Shown piece by piece: positions 41,071-50,223 of a stretch of 64,000 nt of DNA (its first letter is position 1; each line of letters begins with the position of its first letter). Below the pieces are notes generated by a model, which was not told the DNA's origin, searched no databases, and worked only from the letters and a program-made list of their open reading frames with translations. Source of the DNA: an uncultured delta proteobacterium (lineage in GTDB: Bacteria; Myxococcota_A; Polyangia; Polyangiales; Polyangiaceae). The position numbers and the translations under genes were made by a program. The stretch is from positions 1,632,001 through 1,696,000 of the forward strand of contig CAWDXG010000001.1 of NCBI GenBank assembly GCA_963806225.1, written 5' to 3'.

Positions 41071-43189
41071 GGACCACGTACTCCTCGTTGCCGGCCGGCG
41101 CGACGCGCGGATGGGGCGTGGGTGCCAACGGGTTCGGGACCAGCTCGAGCTCCAGGCACGTGCTGTCCGGCGTAGAGTCGACCCGTGTCTGTGGGCCCCT
41201 CCACGGGCTCGCCACGTCGCGCGGCGAGGCGTGGAAGGTCTCTCGCGCTCCATGAACACGCACCGGAACGCCGTCGTCGGGGCCCCCGATCGGCGTGACC
41301 TGCAGCACCGCGTGCTCGGGTCTCGGCTGGTTGACGGCGTCGCGCACGACGAAGCGGATCTTGCCGCTGCCGGTCGCTGCGCACACCACGTCCACGTCGT
41401 GCATCCAGGCGAGTTGCCCGCGGAGCGAACCGCCCCGCCGGAGCGAGTTGGAGTCGCGCGCGCTGTCGTTGGGCTCGACCTCCTGGTTCTTCTCCGGGTT
41501 CGCTGCGGACAGTTCGAGCCGATACACGTCCGAGATGTTTTCGAGCACCGGTGGCGCGGGTTCGGCCCCGTAGCGCTCGCGATCCTGCATCACCGCCAGC
41601 AGGTAGTCGCCCGGTTGCAGAGCCAGCTGCTTGACGACGAGCCCCTGACCTTCAGTGCCTGGGCAATAGCGTCCGAGCGGCGTCTGGATGCCGGCGCGGT
41701 AGACAAGGGTACACAGCGCCATGTTGGGCAGCGCCGTGGTCGTCATCCGCACTGTCTTCGTGCCGGCGGGCACGGTGACGCTGTAGAAGTCGCGGTCGCT
41801 GTGCTGTGGATCGAGGCGACGCCCGAGCTGTCCGCGCACCTCGCTGCCGAACGGCAATGGCGTCGCGGTGCCGGGCGAGTTGTTCGGTTCGACTTCCGCT
41901 CCCGTGAACTCGCTGGCGCTGCTTGTTGCGGACCAGAGCTTGTAGCCGCCGAACCCAAGCGCCACGAGCACCACGCCGAAGGTCGTCATGGCGTACTGGC
42001 CGCGGCGCTTCAGCTTCTTCTCGTAGCGTTCGATCTCGCCGCGTGTTGCGGCTTCCTGATCAGCGCTGGCGAGCTCCCGCATCTGCTTCGAATCAAGCAG
42101 CAGGTCCACGCTGCTCTGCCCGGCGCCGCGCAGCTCGTCGACCAGGGCCTGCTGGAGCTCGCGTACGCTCTGGTAGCGCTGGTCGGGGTCTTTCTGCAGC
42201 GCGCGCATCACGATCGCGCTGAGAGCGCGGGGAATACCGAGATCCGGGAAGCGGTGGGCGGGTGCTTCGGGCGCCTCGGTCAGGTGCTTGGTCAAGATGC
42301 CCATCGGCGTTGCCGAGTCGAAGACCGGTTGCCCCGTCAGGCAGACGTACATCAGGGCTCCCAGCGAGTACACGTCGCTGCGCGGATCCACCGGTTCGCC
42401 GCGGATCTGTTCCGGCGACATGTAGAACGGTGTGCCTACGATCGCGCCGCGCGTGGTCACTTCGCCGAGCTCCTTGGATTCCCTGAGCTTGGCCAGACCG
42501 AAGTCGAGCACCTTGACCACATCGTCGCCCGCCTGGCCCTTGATGATGATGATGTTCTCGGGCTTCAGGTCGCGATGCACGATGTCGTGATCGTGCGCCT
42601 CGGCCAGCGAGCTGCAGATCTGGATCACGATGCGGGAGGTGCGCGACGGGCCGAGCGGTCCCCCGCGACGCACGATGCGCCCCAGGTCGTTGCCGCGCAG
42701 CAGCTCCATGGCCAGATAGGTCATGCCTTCCGAGCTGCCGAAATCGAACACCTGGACGGTGTTCGGATGCGAGAGCTTGCTCGCCATCAGCGCTTCGCGC
42801 TTGAAGCGCGCGACCAACTCCGTATTGCGGCCGAGTTCGCCCGTCAGGATCTTCAGCGCCATCAGCTTGCCGATGCGCGCGTGCTCGACCTTGTAGACGA
42901 CGCCCATGCCGCCACGACCCAGTGGTTCGATGATGCGATACCGGTCGGCAATGACGACGCCGATCAGCGGATCGGCCAGGTGCGCCGGATCCTCGCTTGG
43001 CGTGTCGCCAGCCAGGGTAGCGGCTCCCACCAGGCTCACCATGCTGTCCGCGCCGCCCGGCGGTGCCGGGTCGTCTTCGCCGGCGCCGGTATCAAGCCGG
43101 ATGCCGCACTGGCTGCAGAAACGTGCGTCATCCAGGTTCCTGGCGCGGCAGGCTGGGCACACCTGCAGCTCGGCGGCCGACTCGGTCAC
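41060..43189 (-). CDS. Ser/Thr kinase with N-terminal zinc ribbon, TM helix and extracytoplasmic PPC-like repeats
   Basis: CPAC...FCSQCG; LGRGGMGVVY; HRDLKPEN; DFGLAK; GTPFYMSPE; two EVEPN(N/D) motifs; GTGA overlap with the upstream stop. Confidence 0.9.
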   Translation of the reverse strand: MTESAAELQVCPACRARNLDDARFCSQCGIRLDTGAGEDDPAPPGGADSMVSLVGAATLAGDTPSEDPAHLADPLIGVVIADRYRIIEPLGRGGMGVVYKVEHARIGKLMALKILTGELGRNTELVARFKREALMASKLSHPNTVQVFDFGSSEGMTYLAMELLRGNDLGRIVRRGGPLGPSRTSRIVIQICSSLAEAHDHDIVHRDLKPENIIIIKGQAGDDVVKVLDFGLAKLRESKELGEVTTRGAIVGTPFYMSPEQIRGEPVDPRSDVYSLGALMYVCLTGQPVFDSATPMGILTKHLTEAPEAPAHRFPDLGIPRALSAIVMRALQKDPDQRYQSVRELQQALVDELRGAGQSSVDLLLDSKQMRELASADQEAATRGEIERYEKKLKRRGQYAMTTFGVVLVALGFGGYKLWSATSSASEFTGAEVEPNNSPGTATPLPFGSEVRGQLGRRLDPQHSDRDFYSVTVPAGTKTVRMTTTALPNMALCTLVYRAGIQTPLGRYCPGTEGQGLVVKQLALQPGDYLLAVMQDRERYGAEPAPPVLENISDVYRLELSAANPEKNQEVEPNDSARDSNSLRRGGSLRGQLAWMHDVDVVCAATGSGKIRFVVRDAVNQPRPEHAVLQVTPIGGPDDGVPVRVHGARETFHASPRDVASPWRGPQTRVDSTPDSTCLELELVPNPLAPTPHPRVAPAGNEEYVVRAE

Positions 43190-45242
43190 GGCGGGGATCC
43201 CTTCAAGTAGAACTCGACGGCGACCTCGGGGATCGTGTTGCCCTGGCGCGGGCCATCGACCGCATGCGTGACGTGGCCGTAGGCAGTGATGCGGTCGCCC
43301 TTGCCGAGATGTGCGCTCTGCCCGTAGACCAGTCGCGCCAGACACGGGCTGTGCCGGCAGCCCCCGGACACGTCGAACAGCACGAAGCTCTGGTGGTGAT
43401 CCACGCGTGACTCGACCACCTTGCCCGACAGCGCTACCGCCCGGCCCTTCTTCGAGTCGATATCGCTCGAGATGTCGGTGTAGCTCTGCGTGGCTGTCTT
43501 GCGAAACTGCAGAGCTTCGTCGTGCAGGCTCGTCACGCGCTTGACGTGCAGGGGGAAAAGCCGCGGCGCGCGGTCCTTGGCGGACGCCCTGACGTTGATT
43601 GTGGTCTGCCCGACTGCCGAGACGTTCATCAGCTGGGCGAAGCTCCCCTGGGCATCGACCTTGATCGGCCGATCGCCGATACGGACCGTGCCACCCTTCA
43701 CGGTGTGGCCGGCAAGCATGAAAGTCTGCGCATCCGTTACGATGCGTGGACCGGGCGCATCGATCACCAGAGGTACGATTCCGAGCTGGAACTTGATCTC
43801 GCCTTGATCGGGCTTGTCCGCCCCGGGCGGCGTCACGCTGTAGGCGACCCTGCGTTCCAGGGGTTGGACGCTTGCGGCCCCTCCCGACAGCTCTTTCGTG
43901 ACGTCCACGTCATAGTGGGCGCTGCCGTCCGGAGCGAGCTCCAGCGGCTTTCCTTCCACGCTCACCTTCGAGCCCTTCTGGGCCTGCACATCCACCCTGA
44001 GCTGCGGCGGGCTGCCGGACAGCGGCGCGAGGTCGCCGCGCACGCGGTAGTCGACCGGGACGGTCAGCTCCACCGTGGTGGTGCGTTCCTCGCCGGGCTT
44101 CGTCAGCCCGATCTGCAGATCGTTGTCGCCCATCACGAGCGGATGTTCGACCGGAACTACGGCGTGTCCGCTCTTGAATGTCGCGCTCGCCTTGCCCAGG
44201 GCGGCTTGTGTGCCGTCGGGACACTGCGGACAGCCGAGCTCGAGCTGCTCCCGGCTGTGTTGATCGAGCGTGACCTTGGCCGACAGCGGTCCGCTGCTCT
44301 TCCAGAGCAGGGCAACCACGGCGACGCCGGCGAGCAGGAGGACGAAACCACCGATCGCCAGCACGGCCACCAGCGGCAGCCGGCGGGGTTTGTGTCCCTG
44401 CAGGACCGACAGCTCCTCCCGCGTCGGGGCGGCGCCGGCTTGACCCGCTGCGGGCGCCGCTGGGTTCCACTCTGGCGCTGCAGGTGCCGCCGGGCTCCAT
44501 TTTGGTGCTGCCTCCGGCTTGCGTGAGGTCGGGTCGAGCGGGGCGATGCCGGGATGAGCGATGCCGAGCATCGTCTTCTGTTGTGACGCCAGCGGCGTCG
44601 AGGCCGGTTGCGCCGAGGGCGGTGCAGCCGGGGGCGCGCTGCAGCGGGCGGCGCCGGTTGCGCCGAGGGCGGTGCAGCGGGGGGCCACTGGCCCGGCTGC
44701 TGCGGCGCGATGCCGAGCATCGTCTTCTGCTGCACGGCCGCCGGGGATCCGGCCGCGCCACCCTGCGGCGGGCTGGCTGGCGCAGCCGGCGCGGAAGCCG
44801 GCGCCGGCATGGGCGCGATGCCGAGCATGGTGCGCTGCAACCCGCCCTGCGGCTGCGGCTGCGCCTGTGCGGGTTCTTGTTGGGCCGGCGGGCTGCCACC
44901 CGGAGCAGGCATGCCGAGCATCGTCTTGTGCAGCGGGTTGCCGGTCGCGCTGCCCTGGAACTGGCCCGTCGGGTCTTCGCCTGGCCAGGTCGGTGGAGTG
45001 GCGGCGGCAGGTGTGGAGCCAGCCCCGGGCTGACCGGGCTGGCCGGGTGGGCCGTCGGGCCAGGTGGGTGAGACACCGCTGGCTGGCGGTGCCGTCGCGC
45101 CCATGCCGAGCATGGTCTTGTGGGCATCCGCCGCCGGTGCGGCGGGCGCGGCCGGCGCGGCGGCCTGGAGCGGGCTGCCGCACGCCGAGCAGACCGCTTG
45201 CGCGGGCGGATTGTCAGTTCCGCAGCGCGGGCAGAAGGCCAT
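43186..45242 (-). CDS. Zinc-ribbon, Pro-rich membrane protein with five (K/R)TMLG(M/I) motifs and a large extracytoplasmic beta-rich region; frameshift near 44640
   Basis: MAFCPRCGTDN...CSACG in the frame of ORF 44157-45716, continuing in the frame of ORF 43186-45183 (TM LPLVAVLAIGG...). Confidence 0.75.
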
Positions 45243-45389
45243 CGCGGCCACTATACATCCGCTCGGCTGGCCTTGCTGGCGCGCCAGACCCGGCATCGTT
45301 TCCCGGCTCACGGGCCGTTCGCCCGGCCCCCGCTCTGCAAGGTCTTTGTCCGTTGGACCGAGCCTCCGATATGAGGAAGGGACAAGGGC

Positions 45390-46164
45390 ATGCTGGCAAA
45401 ACGCATCATCCCCTGCCTCGACGTGAGGGATGGCCGTGTCGTCAAGGGCGTCAACTTCGTCGACATCCGGGACGCCGGTGATCCGGTAGAAGTGGCACGT
45501 CGCTACGACGCCGACGGCGCCGACGAGATCACTTTTCTGGACATCACCGCTTCGAACGAAGCGCGCGGGGCGCTGCTGGACGTGGTCGAGCGCACGGCCG
45601 ACGTGGTCTTCACCCCGCTGACGGTGGGGGGCGGGGTGCGCTCGCCCGCCGACGTGCGGGCGCTGCTTCATGCCGGCGCGGACAAGGTGAGCATCAACAC
45701 GGCAGCTATCGCGCACCCCGATCTAATCGCCGACATCGCAGGCGCCTGGGGCTCGCAGGCGCTGGTGGTCGCGGTGGACGCGAAGCGGCGCGCCGGCGGC
45801 AGGCTGGGAAGTGTTCACCCACGGTGGACGCCGGGCTACGGGGCTCGACGCGGTCGAGTGGTGCGTGCGGGCGGCCGAGCTCGGCGCCGGCGAGCTCCTG
45901 CTCACAAGCATGGATCGGGACGGCACCCTCTCCGGTTACGACCTCGAGCTCTCGAGAGCCGTCGTCGACGCGGTTCCCGTGCCGGTGATTGCGTCGGGCG
46001 GCGTAGGGACGCTCGAACATCTCCGGCAGGGTCTGTGTGAAGGCGGTGCGGACGCCGCGCTCGCCGCCTCCATCTTCCACGACGGGACGTACACGATCGG
46101 CGACGCCAAGCGCTATCTGGAAGCCGCTGACGTGCTGGTACGCCGCGAGGAGAGGGCGGCATGA
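45390..46164 (+). CDS. hisF: Imidazole glycerol phosphate synthase cyclase subunit; frameshift near 45800
   Basis: [50 protein letters not shown]. Confidence 0.95.
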
Positions 46165-46198
46165 TGGGAGTGGGCGACTGCACACGTGGAGGCAAGGC

Positions 46199-47732
46199 AT
46201 GAGCGTTACGCTGCTGGAGGTGATGGCTGCGGCCCAGGCGCGGCGCGCGCCGCTGGTCGCCGAGCTCGCCGGATACCTGGTGCTGGGCGCTGCGGATCAG
46301 AGCGCCGGGGCGCCGCGACGGATACGCGCCGCCGACGTGGTGTTGGCGGAAGACGGCGCGGTGCGCGTGGTCGGTGCCGGCAATGCCTGCGCTTCCGATG
46401 CGGCGCGAGGAGTCGCTGCGCAGCCTGCTCGGAGAGTTGATGCAGGTTGCGAGCTCCGCGACGCCGGCGCTGTTCCGCACCACGCAACGATCGGCAGGTG
46501 CAGGCGTCGATGCCCTGATCGGCGAGCTGGAAACGGCGCTGATTCCCGTAAACCGCGCGGCGGCGCGGCGTGCGTTGTCGCGTCTGCACCGCGAGACGGC
46601 GCGTGCTCTCGAGTCGGGATACGTCGACGCACCCGCATTCGAAGCCCAGCGGTCCGAGGCGCCGTCTGCCGCGCTCGCGGCGCAGGAGGCGGTGCCACCG
46701 GAACACGTCGATCCCGGTTGTCAGGAGTCGCTGCCAGGGTTCGAGCCGGTCGCCGCGCCGGAGCCGGTCGAGCCGGAGCCGGAGCCCGAGGAGTGGAGCG
46801 TGCCGCTCGAGATGCTGCAGGCGAGCCCGGAGGCTCCCGACGTGCAGCTTCCCCTGGGAGTGCCGGAGCCCGTCGCGGAGTCCCGCGACGACGAGACGGC
46901 CCCCGAGACCATCGTGGCGCGGACCCGTGGGGTCGCCGAACGGTCGGATGAAGTCATCGAGCTCCCGTCGTGCGATCTCGAGGTCGTGCTGGAGCTGTCG
47001 CCGCCGGTAGCGGAGGTCGCGCTGGAGCCGTCCCCGCCGGAGGTCGTGCTGGAGCTGTCGCCGCCGGCAGCGGAGGTCGCGCCGGAACCGTCGCCGCCCG
47101 CCGTGCCACCCGTAGAGCAAACGCCTATGCTCGGCACGCTGTGCGCTCCGGAAATGGTGCGTGATCCGGTGGATAGCGAGGACCCCGACGTCACCGACCG
47201 CGCACCTCCCGTATTCGAACCCGAGGAGACCCGTCCGCTCGAGCTGGACGCCGAGCTGACCCGCGTTGCGCCACCGGTGGGCCCGTCGCCGTCGGCCGCG
47301 GACGAAGACTACGAGGAGATAGAGTGGATCGAGGTGGAGCCGAGCGTGGAGCCGCCGCTCTGCCGCGACCCCGAGCCCTTCGGCATCGCGCCCTCGGCTG
47401 ATCCACCCGGTGTGGAGGCTCGTTGGAGACCCTCCGTTGTGGTGGTCGGCGGAGCTCCGACGGTCGACACGCATCCGGGCCCACCGCCGTGCGAGCCCGA
47501 ACCCACGCCAGCGCCGTGCGAGCCGGAGCCCACTCCGCCGCCGCGCGTCCCGGGCGAGAAGCCGGCGCCGGCACCCGCCCGGTTCGCCCCCCGCCAGAGC
47601 GACGTCTCCGAGCTACTCGACAGCTTCAGCGTGGCCGGCACCCGCTCCGAAAGCGAGCTGAGGGGCGACCTGAAGCGGATCGCCGGGCTCGAGCCGACCC
47701 CGCCGCCCGCGGGGACCAGCAGCGTCGAGTAG
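46199..47732 (+). CDS. Hypothetical protein with helical N-terminal domain and long Glu/Pro-rich tail; frameshift near 46405; 60-bp duplication at 46981-47100
   Basis: GGAGG RBS at 46188; MSVTLLEVM...; continues in ORF 46374-47732 (ETALIPVNRAAARRALSRL). Confidence 0.65.
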
Positions 47733-47816
47733 CCTGGCGAAAGCCGGGCCGGGGGAGGTGATCCGCCGGCACGCGAGGCGCGTTGACGCCACGCACGGGT
47801 GTGCGATTCTCCTGCC

Positions 47817-48203
47817 ATGCACGATCAGAACATGGCGATCCTCAAGGGGCTCGTAAGCGTCGCCTGGGCCGACGGCCACGTGGCTGATGAGGAGAAGGAA
47901 GTTATCGAAGCGCTCCTGCAGGCGTTCAACGCGACGCCCAGCGAGTCGCAGGAGGTCCGCCAGTACGCCGCCGAGCCGAAGCAGCTCGAGGACATCCCGT
48001 TGACCGACCTCAGCTTCGACGACCGGCGCGTGCTCCTGCAGCATGCCGTGCTCCTGACCTACATCGACGGCGAGCAGCACGAGACGGAAAAGGAGCTCAT
48101 CGAGCGGCTCTGCCATCGGCTCAACATCCCGGCGGTAGAAGCGAAGAGCCTGATCACCGCTGCGGAGCAGCGCGCGAAGAGCTTCCTCAACCTGCAGGAG
48201 TAG
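47817..48203 (+). CDS. TerB-like (tellurite resistance family) protein
   Basis: VAWADGHVADEE and TYIDGEQHETEKELIERL paired motifs. Confidence 0.8.
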   Translation: MHDQNMAILKGLVSVAWADGHVADEEKEVIEALLQAFNATPSESQEVRQYAAEPKQLEDIPLTDLSFDDRRVLLQHAVLLTYIDGEQHETEKELIERLCHRLNIPAVEAKSLITAAEQRAKSFLNLQE

Positions 48204-48242
48204 GCAGGGGCGTTTCCCGGTTGGCTGCCCCGCTCTGCTGTG

Positions 48243-48623
48243 TCAGTCGGCCGCCCCGGTCTGCTGCTTCAGCCGGTCGATCTCCTTGAGCAGTGCGATC
48301 GGGCTGAACGGCTTGGTGTAGTAGGCGGTCGCTCCGGCTTCGCTTGCCCGCGCACGGGAATCGGCGTCGTCCAGAGCGCTGATGATCACCACCGGGACGG
48401 TCTTCGTGGCCGGATCCGCGCGCAGTCTCTTGCAGACCTCGAAGCCGTCGTACTGGCCGGGCAGCATCAGATCGAGGAGCACCAGATCCGGGGGCCGGGT
48501 CATGGCGACGTCGATCGCTTTGGTGCCGGAGGCCACTGCTTCCACGTCGTAGCCCCGGGCATGGACCAGAGCTTCGATCATGCGGCGGATCGAGTCCTGA
48601 TCCTCGACGACAAGAATGCGCAT
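48243..48623 (-). CDS. Single-domain response regulator
   Basis: ILVVED, LLDLMLP, IISA, KPF. Confidence 0.93.
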   Translation of the reverse strand: MRILVVEDQDSIRRMIEALVHARGYDVEAVASGTKAIDVAMTRPPDLVLLDLMLPGQYDGFEVCKRLRADPATKTVPVVIISALDDADSRARASEAGATAYYTKPFSPIALLKEIDRLKQQTGAAD

Positions 48624-48687
48624 GACGGAGGATAGTAACCCAGATCGGCTGCGCGTCGCTCGAAACCCGCAACCTGATCGACCGCGG

Positions 48688-50061
48688 TCAGCTCTGGAGC
48701 ACGGTCCGGACCTCGGTGTGCCCGTCCGGGCTCTCCGCCAGGTGGAGCTCGGCGCCCAGGCGGGCCGCTACCACCTGGCCCGCCAGAAGGGCGATGCCAG
48801 CCGGGCGCCCCAGGGAGGCCGGGTCGACACGGTGGGTGAGCACGTTTCGACGGGATACCTCGGGGACCCGCGGCCCGCCGTCCCTCACGACCAGCTCTAC
48901 GCCCGCCTCGCTGCCCGACAGCGCGATCCCCACCTGGCCGCCGTGCGGAGTCGCGGCGACGGCATGATCGAGCAGTGTGCGCAACAACAGCTCGAAACAG
49001 GCGCGCGGCAGCGGCAGCTCCAGCTTGTCCGGGGCTTCCACGGTCAGCTCGATTCCGTGGCGGGCGGCGAGTGTCGCTGCTTCAGCGACGGCGTCCCGCG
49101 TGACCCGGCACAGCTCTAGTCGGGTGGGGCGTTCATCGAGCGGGCATTCCGCGATCCGTGACAGCTCGCGCGAGAGCTCGAAAGCGGCGGTTACGCGCCG
49201 CGACAGCCGCTCCGCCAGCTTGGAGTCGTCGCCCAGTTCCTCGGCCGCAGTTGCCGCGTCGGCGCGCAATCCCTCCAGCATGTCGCGCAGCCCACCTGAC
49301 AACGAGGCGGCGGTCGAGACCAGCAGCTCGAAGCGCTCGGTGCTGCTTTCGTGCGCTGCGCTGGCGGGCGGAGCACCCGCGAGATCGCCCGCCGAGAAGG
49401 CCGTGGCCAGCTCACGGGCATAGGCCTCGCCGAGCTGTTGGGCCTGCTGCAGCTCCTTGCGGAGCTCGACGACCTCGCGCTGATCGCTGGCACCGTCGGC
49501 CGGCAGAAGCACCGATTGCGTCCCGCCTTCCAACTCCAGCCGGCCGCCGTGTCGCGTCGCCATGCGGCTCAGCCAGCGCCGCTCGAGCTCCGCCGTCGCG
49601 GAGCTGTCGGGCCCGAGCTCCACGCTGATGCGCACCCACTGCTCCTGGCGCCGGATGTGCACTTCAGGAGAAGAGCTGGCGCTTGGGACCGCGGGGTTGC
49701 TGTTGGTCTGGCTGACCAGCACGTGCAGCATGCGCCGCAGCTCGGATTCCTCTCCGAACACCTCGGTGCCGGCGCCGGGCTCGATGGCGATGCGCGCCCC
49801 GGGCGCCAGGTCGTACAGCAGCGCGGCCAGATCGATGCGGCCGCGGCGCGCCGCCTTGCCCGCGCCGCTCTGCAGCTCGCTCAGCCTGCTGATGGCTTCG
49901 TCGAGCGTGTCCAGCGTTGTCTCGACCGGTTGGGAGGCAGTGATGCTGGGTCCGGGCTGCTTGAGCTGGCTCACGCCCTCGCGCAGCGCCTTGGCAGCGC
50001 CACGCGCCTCCTGCGCGAGCAGCCAGCTGAGCTCCTGCCGGGTAAGGCGTTCCTGCGACAC
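48688..50061 (-). CDS. Degenerate tandem histidine-kinase-like protein with no H-box His
   Basis: Two helical + HATPase-like units (LRRMLHVLV...RHGGRLEL; LLRTLLDHAV...VRDGGP...GIAL). Confidence 0.7.
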   Translation of the reverse strand: MSQERLTRQELSWLLAQEARGAAKALREGVSQLKQPGPSITASQPVETTLDTLDEAISRLSELQSGAGKAARRGRIDLAALLYDLAPGARIAIEPGAGTEVFGEESELRRMLHVLVSQTNSNPAVPSASSSPEVHIRRQEQWVRISVELGPDSSATAELERRWLSRMATRHGGRLELEGGTQSVLLPADGASDQREVVELRKELQQAQQLGEAYARELATAFSAGDLAGAPPASAAHESSTERFELLVSTAASLSGGLRDMLEGLRADAATAAEELGDDSKLAERLSRRVTAAFELSRELSRIAECPLDERPTRLELCRVTRDAVAEAATLAARHGIELTVEAPDKLELPLPRACFELLLRTLLDHAVAATPHGGQVGIALSGSEAGVELVVRDGGPRVPEVSRRNVLTHRVDPASLGRPAGIALLAGQVVAARLGAELHLAESPDGHTEVRTVLQS

Positions 50062-50223
50062 GGCCGAGCATCATGCCATGCCTCCGCCGCTGCGGCTACG
50101 CGTGCTCGCGAGGCGGCAAAATGCCGCCGGGGCGGTGCCCGCAGTCGGGACGGCCGCCCGGTATCCGGGTGTTTCCGCCACAGAACTGTCGCCGCGGCCG
50201 GGGAGCCCGCTACGCTAGCCGTC

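Noticed and set aside
46161..46202. 13-codon ORF bridging the hisF stop and the next start
   Set aside because: Too short to support from sequence alone, and the downstream gene has its own GGAGG RBS.
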